From Basidiobolus meristosporus CBS 931.73 (taxonomy: Eukaryota > Fungi > Basidiobolomycota), in NCBI GenBank assembly GCA_002104905.1, contig MCFE01000533.1, positions 1 to 61,650 on the forward strand: a stretch of 61,650 nucleotides of DNA, given 5' to 3'. The position numbers and the translations under genes are program-made. Numbering within the stretch: position 1 is the stretch's first letter; each line of letters opens with the position of its first letter. The notes under the pieces were generated by a model. The model was given only the letters and a program-made list of their open reading frames with translations, was not told where the DNA came from and made no database searches. This document shows, piece by piece, positions 12,146 through 24,937 of this stretch.

Positions 12146-13158
12146 ATGCGCTATGACACGGACAAGTTCATCAAGGAGATCAACTTCCCACGGCCCAAAG
12201 GTAAGCAAGCGCAAAGACACGTATCGTCCACCACCCCGCACCCTAACCTTTCCCAGTCACCTATGTGACGTTCGACCGAGCCCAGAAACAGGTGTCCGAA
12301 TTCGGGGATTGTGGAATAACCGAGGAGACGGTGATCGAGCTGAACGATTTTCTGGATGAGGTGCTGGAGCAATTGGTCCATATCGCGGGGCCTGAGCTCT
12401 TGAAGATGGATCGGCTGTGCACCTACGTCGCATTTCTGTTCGCCTTCAACCCTCTGGGGCGGCGATGCGTCGAGGAAGGGAAGAGGTCGGTGAAATGGCA
12501 TCGGTTAAATGAGCGCACCAATCAACAAAGCCCAAGACCCTTGGACTGTGAAGATCAGCTGTTCGAGGTTATGAGAAGTATCTGCGCAGTGGAGTCGGTG
12601 ACAATCCCACCAGTGGAAGCCTCATATTTGAGCGACTCTATTCAATGCTTTGTCAAGGTGGTGATCACAACGCTTGGCCAGTACGTCATCCACTCCATGA
12701 TCCTGATGGCCGGGAAACAATCCGACGAAACACTGGATCTGATTGACTTGTACCGAGCCTTGTCCGAAGATGACCAGGTGAAAGGGGTGTTTGTAAGGAT
12801 GAAGATGAAACGACATCTCGAGGTATTGCGATGTTCGCCATGGTTGCACTGAAACAGCCCCACTGAGCTCTTGATAAAACCAGGTGCAGTTTGAGTATGA
12901 AAAGCTGGCCCAGTTGAATGAGAGAGCCCTTCTACTGGCCACCTCAATACCATCTAGAAGTAAGTTGACCGTTCAAGATCATGGTTTCATTCTAATATTT
13001 ACTCGGATTGGTAGAGCCCAGAGTACACTTCATTCAAGATCCACCTAGCCGACGCAAAGGATTGGGGAAGGTACTTCGAGCCGTACGAGATAATGTTCAA
13101 CTTGTATATGTGAATTGTACCAAGATTGTATGTTTAGATCCAACTTCAAATCATTAAT
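12146..13158 (+). CDS. Hypothetical helical protein, multi-exon
   Basis: MRYDTDKFIKEINFPRPK followed by a gtaagc donor, a long central exon (12265-12852 frame), and further GT-AG introns. No family recognised; the 3' end is approximate. Confidence 0.55.
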
Positions 13159-13546
13159 ATGTTTCTTAACTGTCTATATATATATGTATGTATGTATGTA
13201 TCCGAAAATAAATGTAAAGATGGTTGAATATTTGCGAATATATCTAACGCCAGGTTACAGGCTTCTTCATCAAGGAGCAGAAGTATAATGCGTTTGTGAA
13301 CGAGCCATTGAGCCATCTACATTTAGGGGAGAACGGCTGGTATCTGTATCAGCTATTGTATGTGGTGCAACCACCTGCAACCACCTCTATCCAGAAAGGA
13401 GAATTCCGATGATTCAAGCTACAAGCTGGTAAGTGACAATGCTATTCTTTCATCGATAATGGTCATTGTAGGTCAGAACTATAAAAATGAGGATTTAAAG
13501 TAGGACGTGCTTCGTAACCGTAACCCATCCTAACCTTCTAAGTAGC

Positions 13547-13942
13547 ATGCGATTCACTCATATTCTTGGAGCCGGCGTTTGCATGGCCTTAGTGCAGACA
13601 GCCCCTTTACCTAACGAGTGTCAAGGCTGGCGATTGACCGCACCGCCCAATGTTCCCGGACTCACGTGGAACACCGGTACCGAGCAAAGTATCTCCTGGG
13701 ATACTGGGAATTCTAGAGTAACCAGGATTGACTCCGTGGCGATATTCGGAGAGGATAATTCAGCACATCAGGTTGTCCATCCTAACAAGGAACCAGCGGA
13801 AACCTGGGGATCTATAGAGTTCCAAATACCTCATGGATTGACCTCTGGGATATATAGGTTCCATGTCATGGCCACCTCACTGAATGGCAGAAAATGCGCG
13901 CTCAACTCCAACATGGTGAATATTGTAAATGTCGACGAGTAA
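13547..13942 (+). CDS. Small secreted beta-rich protein (Kre9/Knh1-N-like Ig fold possible)
   Basis: Signal peptide MRFTHILGAGVCMALVQTA, W-x-x-G-x-x-Q-x-I-x-W and GIYRFHV motifs, two Cys. Confidence 0.65.
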   Translation: MRFTHILGAGVCMALVQTAPLPNECQGWRLTAPPNVPGLTWNTGTEQSISWDTGNSRVTRIDSVAIFGEDNSAHQVVHPNKEPAETWGSIEFQIPHGLTSGIYRFHVMATSLNGRKCALNSNMVNIVNVDE

Positions 13943-14081
13943 CCCCCGACAGTCAACACTAACTTGTACATAGCAACGTAAACCGCCATTTAATAAAATA
14001 AACACTTGATGTACAGATGATGCATAGCATTTCAAAGAGAATGGAGCAGGCTGAGGCGGCGTCTACAGAGGCCTTTGAGAA

Positions 14082-15008
14082 TTATTTGAAGGTTACTATA
14101 CCAGCCAATATGCCACATATCAGGAAGAGTAGGGACACCAAAAACCAAATGAACCCACACAACTGTGCAGGGAAACACTTGCTCAGCTTGGCGAATTTGG
14201 TGGCATCGCTCTCGTTGACTTTTCTCAACACCAGATCCTCCACAATATCCCACAGGCTATAAAGACAGCTCATCACACTGTAAACAAAGAGATTAGCAAC
14301 GGTCCGGGGATGCCGGTGTGATGGCTGAACGTACCCCATAAATAGGACAAAGTATCTTAGGCCCGCCCCATTCTGGAACCACCAGAGTAGCGCAATCAGT
14401 CCGATAAAGAGCACCGTGATTCCTCGGGTGAGCCAGTTCTTGGCCCAAAACAAAGTGACCAGCAAGCACACGCCAATAATGACTGACACCACTTTGGAGG
14501 CAGTTACATCAAACCCGGCAAACACCATAAGCGCACCAATAAGTGAGGAGCCCAGATACCCTAAGAAGAAGGTCAGGATAGCCCAAACCAGGCTGAGCTC
14601 CTTTCAAACTTACCTGCTGGTAGAGTACAGCATTGGTTTCCGCCTCTCTGGAGAACAAGACTGTTAATTTGGGCAGATACATACGCAGGAACCTGCCCTG
14701 AGTACTCACCATGTGTGTAACACCTCCCTCTTCGGGATCAACCTGTATGCTAATAATTTTGGCTCCAGTGCAAACACCAGCCAGTGCGTGTCCGAACTCA
14801 TGGAAAGCAACTGTGACAAGCTAAAGAACTGTTTAGAAAGAAATCCCGCTACCGAGGCGAAGTGAAATGGAACCTTGAATGGGTAGAGAATGGTGCGCAA
14901 CACCGGGGCATTCCAAAGGATTAAGATGCCGATACTATATGCGCCGATTATCCAGAGCGTCGTTTTCTGGGAATCGGTTGGTTCCAAGTCTTTAAGGGTT
15001 GGAGCCAT
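14082..15008 (-). CDS. Peptidase M50B-like membrane metalloprotease, multi-exon
   Basis: ILYPFKLVTVAFHEFGHALAG (HExxH), VDPEEGGVT, GYLGSSLIG, SCLYSLWDIVEDLV. Confidence 0.85.
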
Positions 15009-15375
15009 TCTAAGGTAGGAGTGAGAAGTAAGGGTATAGAGGAATAGAGTTGCGGTGGGGAGGGTATTCAAGAATAACGTTAGGGTGGACGCTTGTATGA
15101 GTGAACCAAAAGCGGACTGGGTTAGATACTAGGTTACCAGCTGGGAATTGCCAAGCCGGCTGTTGAGAGGGCTAAGCACTTCACTGCATAGCCTAAACCT
15201 TAGTTGTTTTGGTCACATTCCATATTTGGTAGTAATGAACATATTAAGGGAGGCCGGATCTCCTTGGCAATCAGTTTAATTAATCTTGCATTTATTGAGT
15301 TTTGGATGGGAACAATCCGTATATCTCTATTGGTTGGCATCTGTTTAGGAATAAATAACTTGGAATCGCCGCTGC

Positions 15376-16080
15376 TCACACCTCAACCTGGAACTTCTTC
15401 CCCTGCAGGACCTTGGTGAAATAGATGTAGAAGAAGTCCAGGTACAGAAGGGTTTGAACTGTGCCGGCAATCCATGCGATTGGGCTGACGTAGCCCTCGT
15501 AATAGTATCTGTACACCCAGTTTAGTAGGTAGAAGCCTCTGTAGGCGCCCAATGCGAACAGATAGTGCGTGGTGATGGTCTCTGCCTCCCCGGATTTGCT
15601 GAGCTGATATAGTTGGGGCAAAATGGCAACGGCCTCCAAGTAAATCGAGAAAGTCCACAAAACCTCCAGCACGGTGAACTCCTTGTTGAACACCAGGGCA
15701 AGCACTCCTGCGGAGACCAATAGGATTTCGATGCGGAAGGTATCTTGTGAAGAATCATAGGTGGCTTGGAGCTTCACCTTCATCAAATAGAGCACGTACA
15801 GAGCGGATCCAATGAAGAACACTTTCATGACAGTATTATATACAGAGATGAAGGAGACGAAGAGGTCCAGGTAGCGGGTAACAAACACAATGGCGTAAAG
15901 AAGTTGCGTTTTGAACGAGATACCTACAAACATCCACTTCCGGTTACGTTTCTGGTCGGTTCACCAGCGTCAAGAAATAGCCAACTTACCAGAGACCGAA
16001 TTCGAGGTCGTCATCTTCAACACCAAGATTAGAATAGACGCCAGATGCATCAGGTCTCCAAAAAATCTGAAAAGATTCAT
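15376..16080 (-). CDS. ERD2: ER lumen protein-retaining (HDEL/KDEL) receptor
   Basis: [15 protein letters not shown], intron, [55 protein letters not shown]. Confidence 0.95.
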
Positions 16081-16646
16081 CGTTCTATTTTCTACGGACA
16101 AGGACTGAGACGGAGGCAAATAGGTAGTTCGGATGGTGGTGTGTGGCCAACACCGTCAGCAAGGATTTAAATATCCCCAGGCACCAGTGCAAGCATGCTA
16201 TCTGGCTGTAGAGTTGATTGCATTTACATGTCTTATGCATATCCGTATTTACCCCCGTCAAATTTCCCATCAACAACCCTTCTGCAAGTCAGGTTTTGAC
16301 AGTCGTGAACACGTTGCCACCTTTTACTCCCCGGCTAGCATCTAGCGAGTGAGCAATATTAAACTAGCATGAATCTGCAAAAGCCCGGTTTCATGCATAC
16401 TTCATGTCTTGGTGGCTTGTATGGTTAAATCAGATTTATTGATTATGAGAATGATGCCAAGTAGCAGGATAAAAGATGCTGGTAGATGAGAGCTAGCTGC
16501 AAGCTGCTTGATTATTAGTTGGTTATATACAGTGTGCTGGTTAAATACGTATCAAACCACCAAGCAAAGGGATATAGGCTTACGTTCGACGAAGCAAGGG
16601 AATTCGGGGTAATATAAGGGACTGAGATCCGGAACTCTGGGTCGAT

Positions 16647-17484
16647 CTACCAAACGTTCAGACTGGCATCAAAGAACCCTTCTTCCATGCGAAGCTGTGA
16701 GCGGTTGGGTGTATATCTTCTCTTAGCATTCGATTTCAAGTCAGTGAGCAGCTGCGAGCCAAACAGATCTGGCTCTCCCCCAGAGACATCAACGGAATGT
16801 CGACGCATGGCTTTTAGAAGGCGTCGACGCTCGGCATTTTTCTCCAGCAACGAGCTTTGGCGCGTTTGAATCATACGGGAAAGCAACGACACTTGCGAAA
16901 CTTCGACTGGTTTGACTTTCACGAACAACGAGTCGACTGGGGAGTACATGGCAGTGGTTGGGTTAGGTTCTAGGCTACTTATAGGGCGATATTTGGATTT
17001 ATTCGGATTAAGCGATATGCTGGAGCTATATAGATAGTCGGGGCGGTCTTGAGGAGTTTGGAGTGAGCCTGAAGCAAAGAGCGTAAGAACATCATCCATG
17101 TAGGCTTGGTTGGGGAGGGAGATGGGGCCTTACCTGCTTGGGACTCGACAAGAACTTTTAGGTTTGAACGAATGGCACGTTTACTGAATTTCTCAAGCGA
17201 ATACAAGAGCAACTCGGAGCTGAACCGACGTTTCCGGGTCTGCTTTAAAGGCAATCTACTAGCTCGAGACTTTAAGTATTCAGGAGACTTTGTACGGGAG
17301 ATGATGGCTTTGCGTATGAACGCAACTCTATATCGGGTGTTGCGTGAACAGCGTCTTTCCTGTGAAATACCCCAACTACAGAAAACCTGGTCAATACTGG
17401 TCGAGCATGCTGGGGAAGAACATTGAGGACGGTCTACCTTTCTTTATCTTGGTAACGAAAAGGATCAGCCAAGCGAGCTTCCAT
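16647..17484 (-). CDS. Hypothetical basic, Ser-rich protein, multi-exon
   Basis: ATG at 17484 with plausible GT-AG introns linking the open frames seen in the ORF track (16979-17254 and 16647-17099). No family recognised. Confidence 0.5.
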
Positions 17485-18201
17485 GGTGCTCGATAAAGTA
17501 GGTATGTGTGCTGTTTGCATGATTATGTAGTCTATATTGATGGAAAGAGGAAAGGAAAATCTATATTATTTGGGGATGCCAAAGATTATGCCAAGTCGGG
17601 TTTCAGCCTTTATATACCATGGATGTTTCCATACTTCCCACTCCCAATGCACAAATCATGGTCTTGAATAAGATATTCCCGATTGTGTTAGGCCTAGTAA
17701 AAGGGGCAGGAGACATATTGATGCATACAACAATTTGCCCAAACGACCATTAATTGTGGTGGGTCATGTGGCTTGGCTTGAATCTGTGCCACTGGCAAAA
17801 CAATCACAATACTGTTAGTATCACACAATAGGCCATGTACGATGGGTTAGGTGATGTTCTGTTCTAGAACTCCCATCACGTGATAGATGGGAATACATTC
17901 ATGATGGTTTCAGGGACTGCATTTCCCATGAATGCTCTAGGGACAAATGAGATGATTAATGAGGACTGCGCATCTCATTCTAGACTGATCTAGTCACAAA
18001 TCGCTTAGGCGACCAGGGTGGCCCTCTAGGACAACATGCAAGACAACAGAGATTTCTGGGCAACATTGAGCGCAGTAAGAAATATACAAATTTATTGAGT
18101 ACGTACGTGAGGCTCTGCTTGGATGGAATAAGATATTGAGTCTATATACATGAGAAGAAAAAAACTGGCCCGTCTGCAGGTGGCAAAACGAACAAGTTTG
18201 A

Positions 18202-18438
18202 TCATTCCCCAGGGTCCTCCGAGATTGGCTCCAGCTTGCTGATACTCAATCGGTGGGAGTTACGTCGCGGACGTGTAACAAATAGATCGGGCTTCTCTGG
18301 AGGAAACTGAGCATCCACGTTAAATGTTGCTGCTTCATTCTTCGGGAACTGGGGGGAATCGGGGCACTCGGGGAAAGCTTCTGTGATGAAGCGATGGTTA
18401 GGGAAATCTTCTAGGCAGGTGTTGTAGAATTGCTCCAT
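18202..18438 (-). CDS. Small hypothetical protein (78 aa)
   Basis: ATG ORF with TATATAAAG about 50 nt upstream and an RRNS (PKA-like) motif. Confidence 0.5.
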   Translation of the reverse strand: MEQFYNTCLEDFPNHRFITEAFPECPDSPQFPKNEAATFNVDAQFPPEKPDLFVTRPRRNSHRLSISKLEPISEDPGE

Positions 18439-19153
18439 GTCGGGTGTAGAAATGCGATTTGAGCAAAGGACAGCTTCGCCCCACTTTATATAGGACTCTG
18501 TGTTAGCCTGACAAGTGAAACAGTATTCTCGGTGAAGTCAGGTGTTCTCTCACCCTATCCGCTGCATTACTCGATACAGTCGAAATATCATCTCTGAATC
18601 TTCGATAAGTCCCAAAAAGGCATTCGTTTGCTGGAAGATGTTTGCATCAATTTACATTAGCCTATCCTCCGCTCTTTACCGGAGCCATAGCTAGATTTGC
18701 GATGAAATGATCAGCTCACCACTTGCTAATGTAAATCCCCACAAATCAGATTCAGGCATCCTCAAACATACCCAATTGGTCTAGGAATCTCTACAGCTTA
18801 TTAAATGGTGTAGTAGTGTTGATTCGATCTTTCATCCATAAAGCTTGGTACAAAGAGCCAGCGTATATTGCAGTGAGCCGCTTTACTTGCCAAAGCTTTG
18901 GTTAGTTTAGTGATATTAGCTGATGCTTGGTAGAAACAGCGCAGTCATCCTGCTGCATATAGTCGCCCTCAAACCCGTTCACTTTTACAGGCGAATCATC
19001 CATAATAGGTAGTGGGCGTACTGTTCCGTACACGCAGTCTCTAATGCAGGCATATATACAGTTCACTCGAATTTATTTATACAATGAGCTGTAGTACACC
19101 CATTTTACAGATACATCAACTATGTACAAATGTTAGTGGGAAACGGCAACGGA

Positions 19154-20778
19154 TCAGGAGGTCAGTCGGATGCAGTAGAAGATCAGGAGTACACTCGTGA
19201 GACGCGGCATCAAACTACTGCCATCACTGGTATCCGCCTCCCCGGTCACTCCAGGGTGGATATATAGCAAAGGTAGCGCTGGAGAGAGAGCGGCAGCAAC
19301 GGCATTGCGATTTCCTTTTGGTGTCGCTCGGATTGCTAGACTTTGGATCATCTGGCTCATACCGAATGGGTCTAGATTTTGCTCACTAAGGATCAGAGCA
19401 ATTACCCCAGCAACCTTGTGCGAATGGAATATGGGTTTAGCTTGGATGTTCAGACAGCACTTCATTTATGGTTGGAAATTACATGCGGTGACGCCATCGA
19501 TGTACCAGATCGCACATGTGTGGAGGATGGTCCATCTTTCCAGGTTGATTTGATGTTCACACCTGGGGCATATCTATCGTAAAAGTGTGATTAGCTTCAT
19601 ACTAGTCATGAGATAGAGTGTTCACACCAACATTGATACGCAAGAGCCAAAGTTTGAGAACGGCGCGACTTCGTCCTTATCTGAAATGGCTCCGACCACC
19701 ATTGCCGATGCTACGGACGCTGGCGAATATTTGCAGGCGTCATCCTTGGCGTTTCCGGCTGGTTGGTTGAACAATGTCTCGATTAATAAACTCGCAGCTG
19801 ATCTTCATCGAAAATCAATTACCAGCAACCGCAAAGTGGATACCCAGCTTGATTGCTTCCTCAACAGCGTCATTTGCAACTTGGCTATACACCGCACCTA
19901 GCGATAGGCTAACCAAACAGGCGGCGTTAATCTTTGCTGCCAAATCAAACCTTCGGATGAACACCTACTTGACCACTGATTTGCGCGTGGGAGATTTCTT
20001 GTGTTGCTGTACTATCCAGTCCAACGCATTTAAAACATTACTCAACGAGCCGTATCCGTCGTCATCCAATGCTTTCAGCGAGACCAGACGAGCTCTTTTG
20101 GCCACACCGAACTCCCTACCTATCGCGATTCCCGCAACAAATGTCCCATGGCCATTGATATCTGCTGGGGTGCTATCTCCATTGAAGACTGGCCCGTTTG
20201 TTGCACGGCCTTCGAAATCTTCATGATCGATATTGACTCCGCTGCGGAAATTGCTTAACAAAAACGATCTCCGTGAGGTTAATGAGCATCTACTTACGTG
20301 TCAATGGAGTATATGATGACCCCCTCGCCAGCAGAGCTGGGATAATGATACTTTCCATCAGCCCCTTGGCGTTGGTCGATGCGATCAATCCCCTGTGCGT
20401 TGAAGCATTAGGATTGTATCCATTGGTATGGACTATAGTGAAATGGCCTACCCAGCTTGGTGGACTCATCTGTACGTCATATGCGGTGACCTGAGCATCG
20501 GGCTCGATGTAAGCAATTTCTGAGAGATTCTGTAGTGCCTCCAGCTCAGGGTCCTTGAAATCCCCGACCGACCACTGTAAACTCCCAATCGAGTAGACAG
20601 CAATCTCGTCTCGTTTGCTGTCCAGTTCTGAAGCCTCGAGAGTGGCATTTATAAATCTTCTTAGCAATACTTTACTCTTCGGCATTGATGTGCCCGCTTT
20701 GTATACAATAAGATGTTTTCCGTCAGCAAGTGTGATGAACACCCAGAGTAGCATTAGGGTGTGGAGGAGTCGTGTCAT
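19154..20778 (-). CDS. Secreted subtilisin-like serine protease (S8A) with I9 propeptide and hydrophobic C-terminal tail
   Basis: Signal peptide, YIEPDAQV at the propeptide end, and catalytic motifs YSIDTG (split by an intron), NGHGTFVAG and GTSMASPH|VAG. Confidence 0.92.
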
Positions 20779-21467
20779 GATTAAACGGAGGGTGAAATCG
20801 GATGGTAAAAGCCCTAACGATTACGATATTAGGATAACTGACAACATAGAGCGGCGGTTAGCCTCGAGCTTGGCATTTTATAAGACAGCACGGGGTTGGC
20901 GAGATACCTGAATGGAACCATGTTACTAGATGGATGGGTGGAGAAGCTAGATGAGTGTATGATGTCAAGCTCGTAGGCAATGGTAAAGTATCTGTCTATT
21001 CAGGCTTACCATTTGTGGGATGTCTGGTAAGAATCACAACCCACATTTAGATTGCCAGGCCAATGGTCAAGAATACGCTTATTAAATTGTGAGCAGTATG
21101 GTCTGTATTACAGCGAACACTGCCTGATCTGTACTATTCGAAACCCCCAATCCTCAAGTGTTGCGTGTAAAATAAAGTTTCCCTCCGGTCGAATGCGTTA
21201 CAACCATGACATCTACGTTAGCTGGATATGTAGCAAAGTCCGTTATTGGATGTGCCACTAAAACCTCGATACCATATCCACTAACACTCGTACTCATGCG
21301 ATATATCGAGAGTTCGATTGGTTTTCTGGTTGGAAATCAGCTACCATTTAGAATCGTTGCGCATGCTTTCGGGTGAATTTTATTGTGGCTGAAAGTCATT
21401 TGGATGAGATTGATACAATGCTAGATTGGTGTTGGGAAAATCCATAGGCTAGGACAACGAGTAAGAA

Positions 21468-22079
21468 TTAAGCCTCCCTCTTCAGGAATTTTTTGAACTC
21501 CTTTGGAATTCGATGAGCCCTGCACTTTTCACGGAACACCTTTAGACTACGCTCACGGACGATGTCCTCGACGACAAGCTCGTTGTGGATCATACGCCGC
21601 TAGAATGGCTTAGTGTGTGCCGCTCGATTGGATGATTTAAATGGTGTTTACCTTGGATTCGTCTGTAAAGATACTATCACGGATATCGTAGTCGTCGGGA
21701 TCTTCTTGCAGCTCTTTCTGCTTTTCAGTCAACTCTTCATCCAATACCTTCACGTATGGTGAGTTACGCGTCAGATATATTCGGTGTATTCTTCGCGGAA
21801 CAAACTCACCTTTAAACAATATTGTATGGTATTCTCACGTTTCCTGTACGCTTCAGAAAGCTGCCCAAAAATGGTGGCGCATGCATCTTCGGAATGGATG
21901 TTGGTGGAGTTCATTTGAAGCATGATGTTATCGTCGATTTTACGAAGTCCCTTCATCAGGTCTGCCCAAGTTGCACACAGTTAACACCCATTTTGGTCAG
22001 GAGAACTCAAAGCAACTCTACCTTTGAAGTAGGAAAGGTTGTAACACACATTTGGGTTGAGAGTTTGTTCTTCAGCCAT
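21468..22079 (-). CDS. MIX23: MIX23/CCDC58 (Cid2 family) mitochondrial intermembrane-space protein, multi-exon
   Basis: CYNLSYFKDLMKGLRKIDDNIMLQMN, RENTIQYC, ELTVEDIVRERSLKVFREKC. Confidence 0.8.
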
Positions 22080-22523
22080 GTTGGTTTTGTTGAGATAACA
22101 ATGCAAAGAGTTAAGCAAAGGTGCCACGACGAGTACCACTTGAATGAAGATCACTTATAACAAATTTTTCTCCATTCTCGGAGCGGAGTTTACTCGTTTC
22201 ATTCACTATTTTGATTGATGCGCCAATTCCATAATTTACGGGGAAATCAAAAATAAAGCATCAAGTAGCCTTAAATTCCAATGACGCACTGTGTTGACAT
22301 GATAATGCTACTCTCAATGCTCAGAAAATGCCGTGAAAATTCTGCAAATATGAACTGTAGAAGACCGGTGTCAAGATGCTGTTCAATTTGATTGTTTTTA
22401 CATTTACACGTTATGTTTATTTACCAAATATAGTAGGAATATAGATTAACGAGAAATACATCGACAGTAGTTAAGATGACGGTTTAGGTGATGAATAGAA
22501 TATACAGGTACATAACTTAATGA

Positions 22524-24050
22524 TTATACATGCACAATTTGTAACGCATTGGTATGGCCAATTCCCGGCTTGAAGCCTTGGAGAACGATGACAGCATCCC
22601 CGTGATTTAAAATATCCGATTCAATAGCTTGTTCTATAGTCCATCGGATACGCTCGTCCACATCTTGTTGCCATAAATTTCCATTCAGCTTTTCTTCCCG
22701 CGTCAATGCTCGCTTTGGATAGACAAAGGGATAGCAACCGCGATAGAGGTGGATTTGACGGGCAGTCTGCGCTTCTCTTGTGATCGTTAGGATTGGACAG
22801 TGTGGCCTATACTTAGCGACAAGTCTTGCCGAATTTCCAGAAGTCGACAAAACTACAATTGCCTTGGCACCAGACTCATAGGCGGCATTCACTGCCGAAC
22901 TGGCGATTGTCTCACTGGTGTCAATGGGGACTTCCTGGAGTGCTCTCATCTCGTTGAAAAGTGCTTGGTAGGAGATAACCGACTCGGCCAGTGCTGCAAC
23001 ATGTGCTTGCATCTCAACGGCTTGAATAGGGAATGCTCCCTTCGCCGTCTCTCCTGACAGCATCACGCAATCCGCGCCATCAAGAATCGCATTCGCCACA
23101 TCGGATACCTCTGCTCTGGTAGGTCTTGGGTTGTAGGTCATCGACTCGAGCATCTGGGTTGCACAGATCACCGGTTTACCCACCAGGTTGCACTTGGCAA
23201 TCATCGCCTTCTGTGCGATGAACACTCGTGAAACGGGAATCTCAATCCCCAAGTCTCCTCGAGCAATCATCACCCCGTCCGTCTCTGATAGGATCTCATC
23301 GAAATTGTTCACCCCCTGGAACGACTCAATCTTCGAGATAATCTTGATGTTCTTGCCCGCCTCTCCAAGCACTTTGCGGATCTGGCGCACATCCTCTCCT
23401 GACCGGATGAATGATGCAAAGATCATGTCCACCCCTTGCTCAACACCAAACTTCAAGTCACTGATGTCCTTCTCGGACAGTGCTGGTAGATCGACATCGG
23501 TCTTGGGAAGGTTCACTCCCTTGCGTGAAGCGAGCTTGCCTGCGTTCAAGGCGCGCACTCTGACTCCATCCGAAAGAATCTCAGTCACCTCAAAGGACAT
23601 GATTCCATCGTCCACGAATATCGCCTTGCCTACTTCTATCACCTTTGGCAGGTTCTTGTAGTCAACGTATATCACCTCGCCTGAGCCTGCTTCCTTGTAC
23701 TGTTCGTCGGTAGAGAAGGTCATCTCGTGACCCGCCTCAAACGCCACCTCTTGGTCACCCTTCATAAGACCTGTGCGAATCTCCGGGCCTTTGGTGTCCA
23801 GGGCAATAGCCACGGGTCTGCCAGGCATCTCCTCCATGGATTTGCGAATATTGGAGATAACCGAAGCGTGATATTCGTAAGAGCCGTGTGAGAAGTTCAT
23901 ACGAGCGATGTTCATACCCGCCTTTCTGAGGGCGTTCATCATAGGAACGTTGTTGGTCTTAGGGCCGATGGTACATATGATAGATGATTTGCGAAGACCA
24001 GGCTCGACGTCAACATCAAAACTTGCAAGCCAACTAAGTCCGTTGTTCAT
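22524..24050 (-). CDS. PYK: Pyruvate kinase, copy 1 (intronless)
   Basis: [56 protein letters not shown]. Start at MNNGLSW (24050). Confidence 0.97.
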   Translation of the reverse strand: MNNGLSWLASFDVDVEPGLRKSSIICTIGPKTNNVPMMNALRKAGMNIARMNFSHGSYEYHASVISNIRKSMEEMPGRPVAIALDTKGPEIRTGLMKGDQEVAFEAGHEMTFSTDEQYKEAGSGEVIYVDYKNLPKVIEVGKAIFVDDGIMSFEVTEILSDGVRVRALNAGKLASRKGVNLPKTDVDLPALSEKDISDLKFGVEQGVDMIFASFIRSGEDVRQIRKVLGEAGKNIKIISKIESFQGVNNFDEILSETDGVMIARGDLGIEIPVSRVFIAQKAMIAKCNLVGKPVICATQMLESMTYNPRPTRAEVSDVANAILDGADCVMLSGETAKGAFPIQAVEMQAHVAALAESVISYQALFNEMRALQEVPIDTSETIASSAVNAAYESGAKAIVVLSTSGNSARLVAKYRPHCPILTITREAQTARQIHLYRGCYPFVYPKRALTREEKLNGNLWQQDVDERIRWTIEQAIESDILNHGDAVIVLQGFKPGIGHTNALQIVHV

Positions 24051-24937
24051 ATTAGAGAAAGAGAAATAATAAAGATTTAATGTGAAGGTACTCTGAAATG
24101 TCAAAAATATTACTCAGTCAAGACTAGCGATTTTATAATGAAGTCTCAATAAAAGCAAAATCACAAATCACGTTTTGAAATACCAAGTCACAATTGGAAA
24201 TATATCGAAGCATGTAAACTAATCCCATAGGGAGGTCATAGTATAATACAATTAGACCTATTATAGATGACAGATAGTACTAACATCACCAATGTCACCC
24301 CACACAGAAAAATATACTCCCCCCATGGTTAAACCACGCACCACTCACCTTTCACGCTCACCAGCATCATCAGCATTGCCATCATCCACTAGTGAAATAA
24401 TTTCAACTATTGGGGACTTAATAAGATACAAAAGATAGGACATTATGGCCATAAACTGACCTAAGCATCAATCAGAACCATATTGGTTTGCTATCACATT
24501 CTATTCTACCGATAACCATCACATTGTGACGCAATCGTTCAGTCAGGGTCAAGTGGATTGGGGGAGATCCGATAAGTCGATTCCTAATCAGTAGATCTGA
24601 TGTAACCTTGGCTTTCCAAATTGGCAGTAACCAAGGATCGGCTTGTGGCAAAGATTCCTAGGGATATTGGTGGAAAGTGGCTAAACGAAGAGTCGAATTA
24701 ATCAAGGTGGCGCATGCTTATCAAGATGGTGATCACATGCACGCGTTTCTCCTTAATTTACACTTGACCTCATGTATTCACACACTGGTTTGTAAAGGAG
24801 TTTCATTAGAATCCTCGGGAAAATGCCGCTTTAGAACGATGAGAATATGTTATTAAGATGTCTATATTTTATTTGGGTAGAGTATCGATAAATATTACAA
24901 GCTAGCATAGATATTTACTTGCATCAAGCTACTGAAA

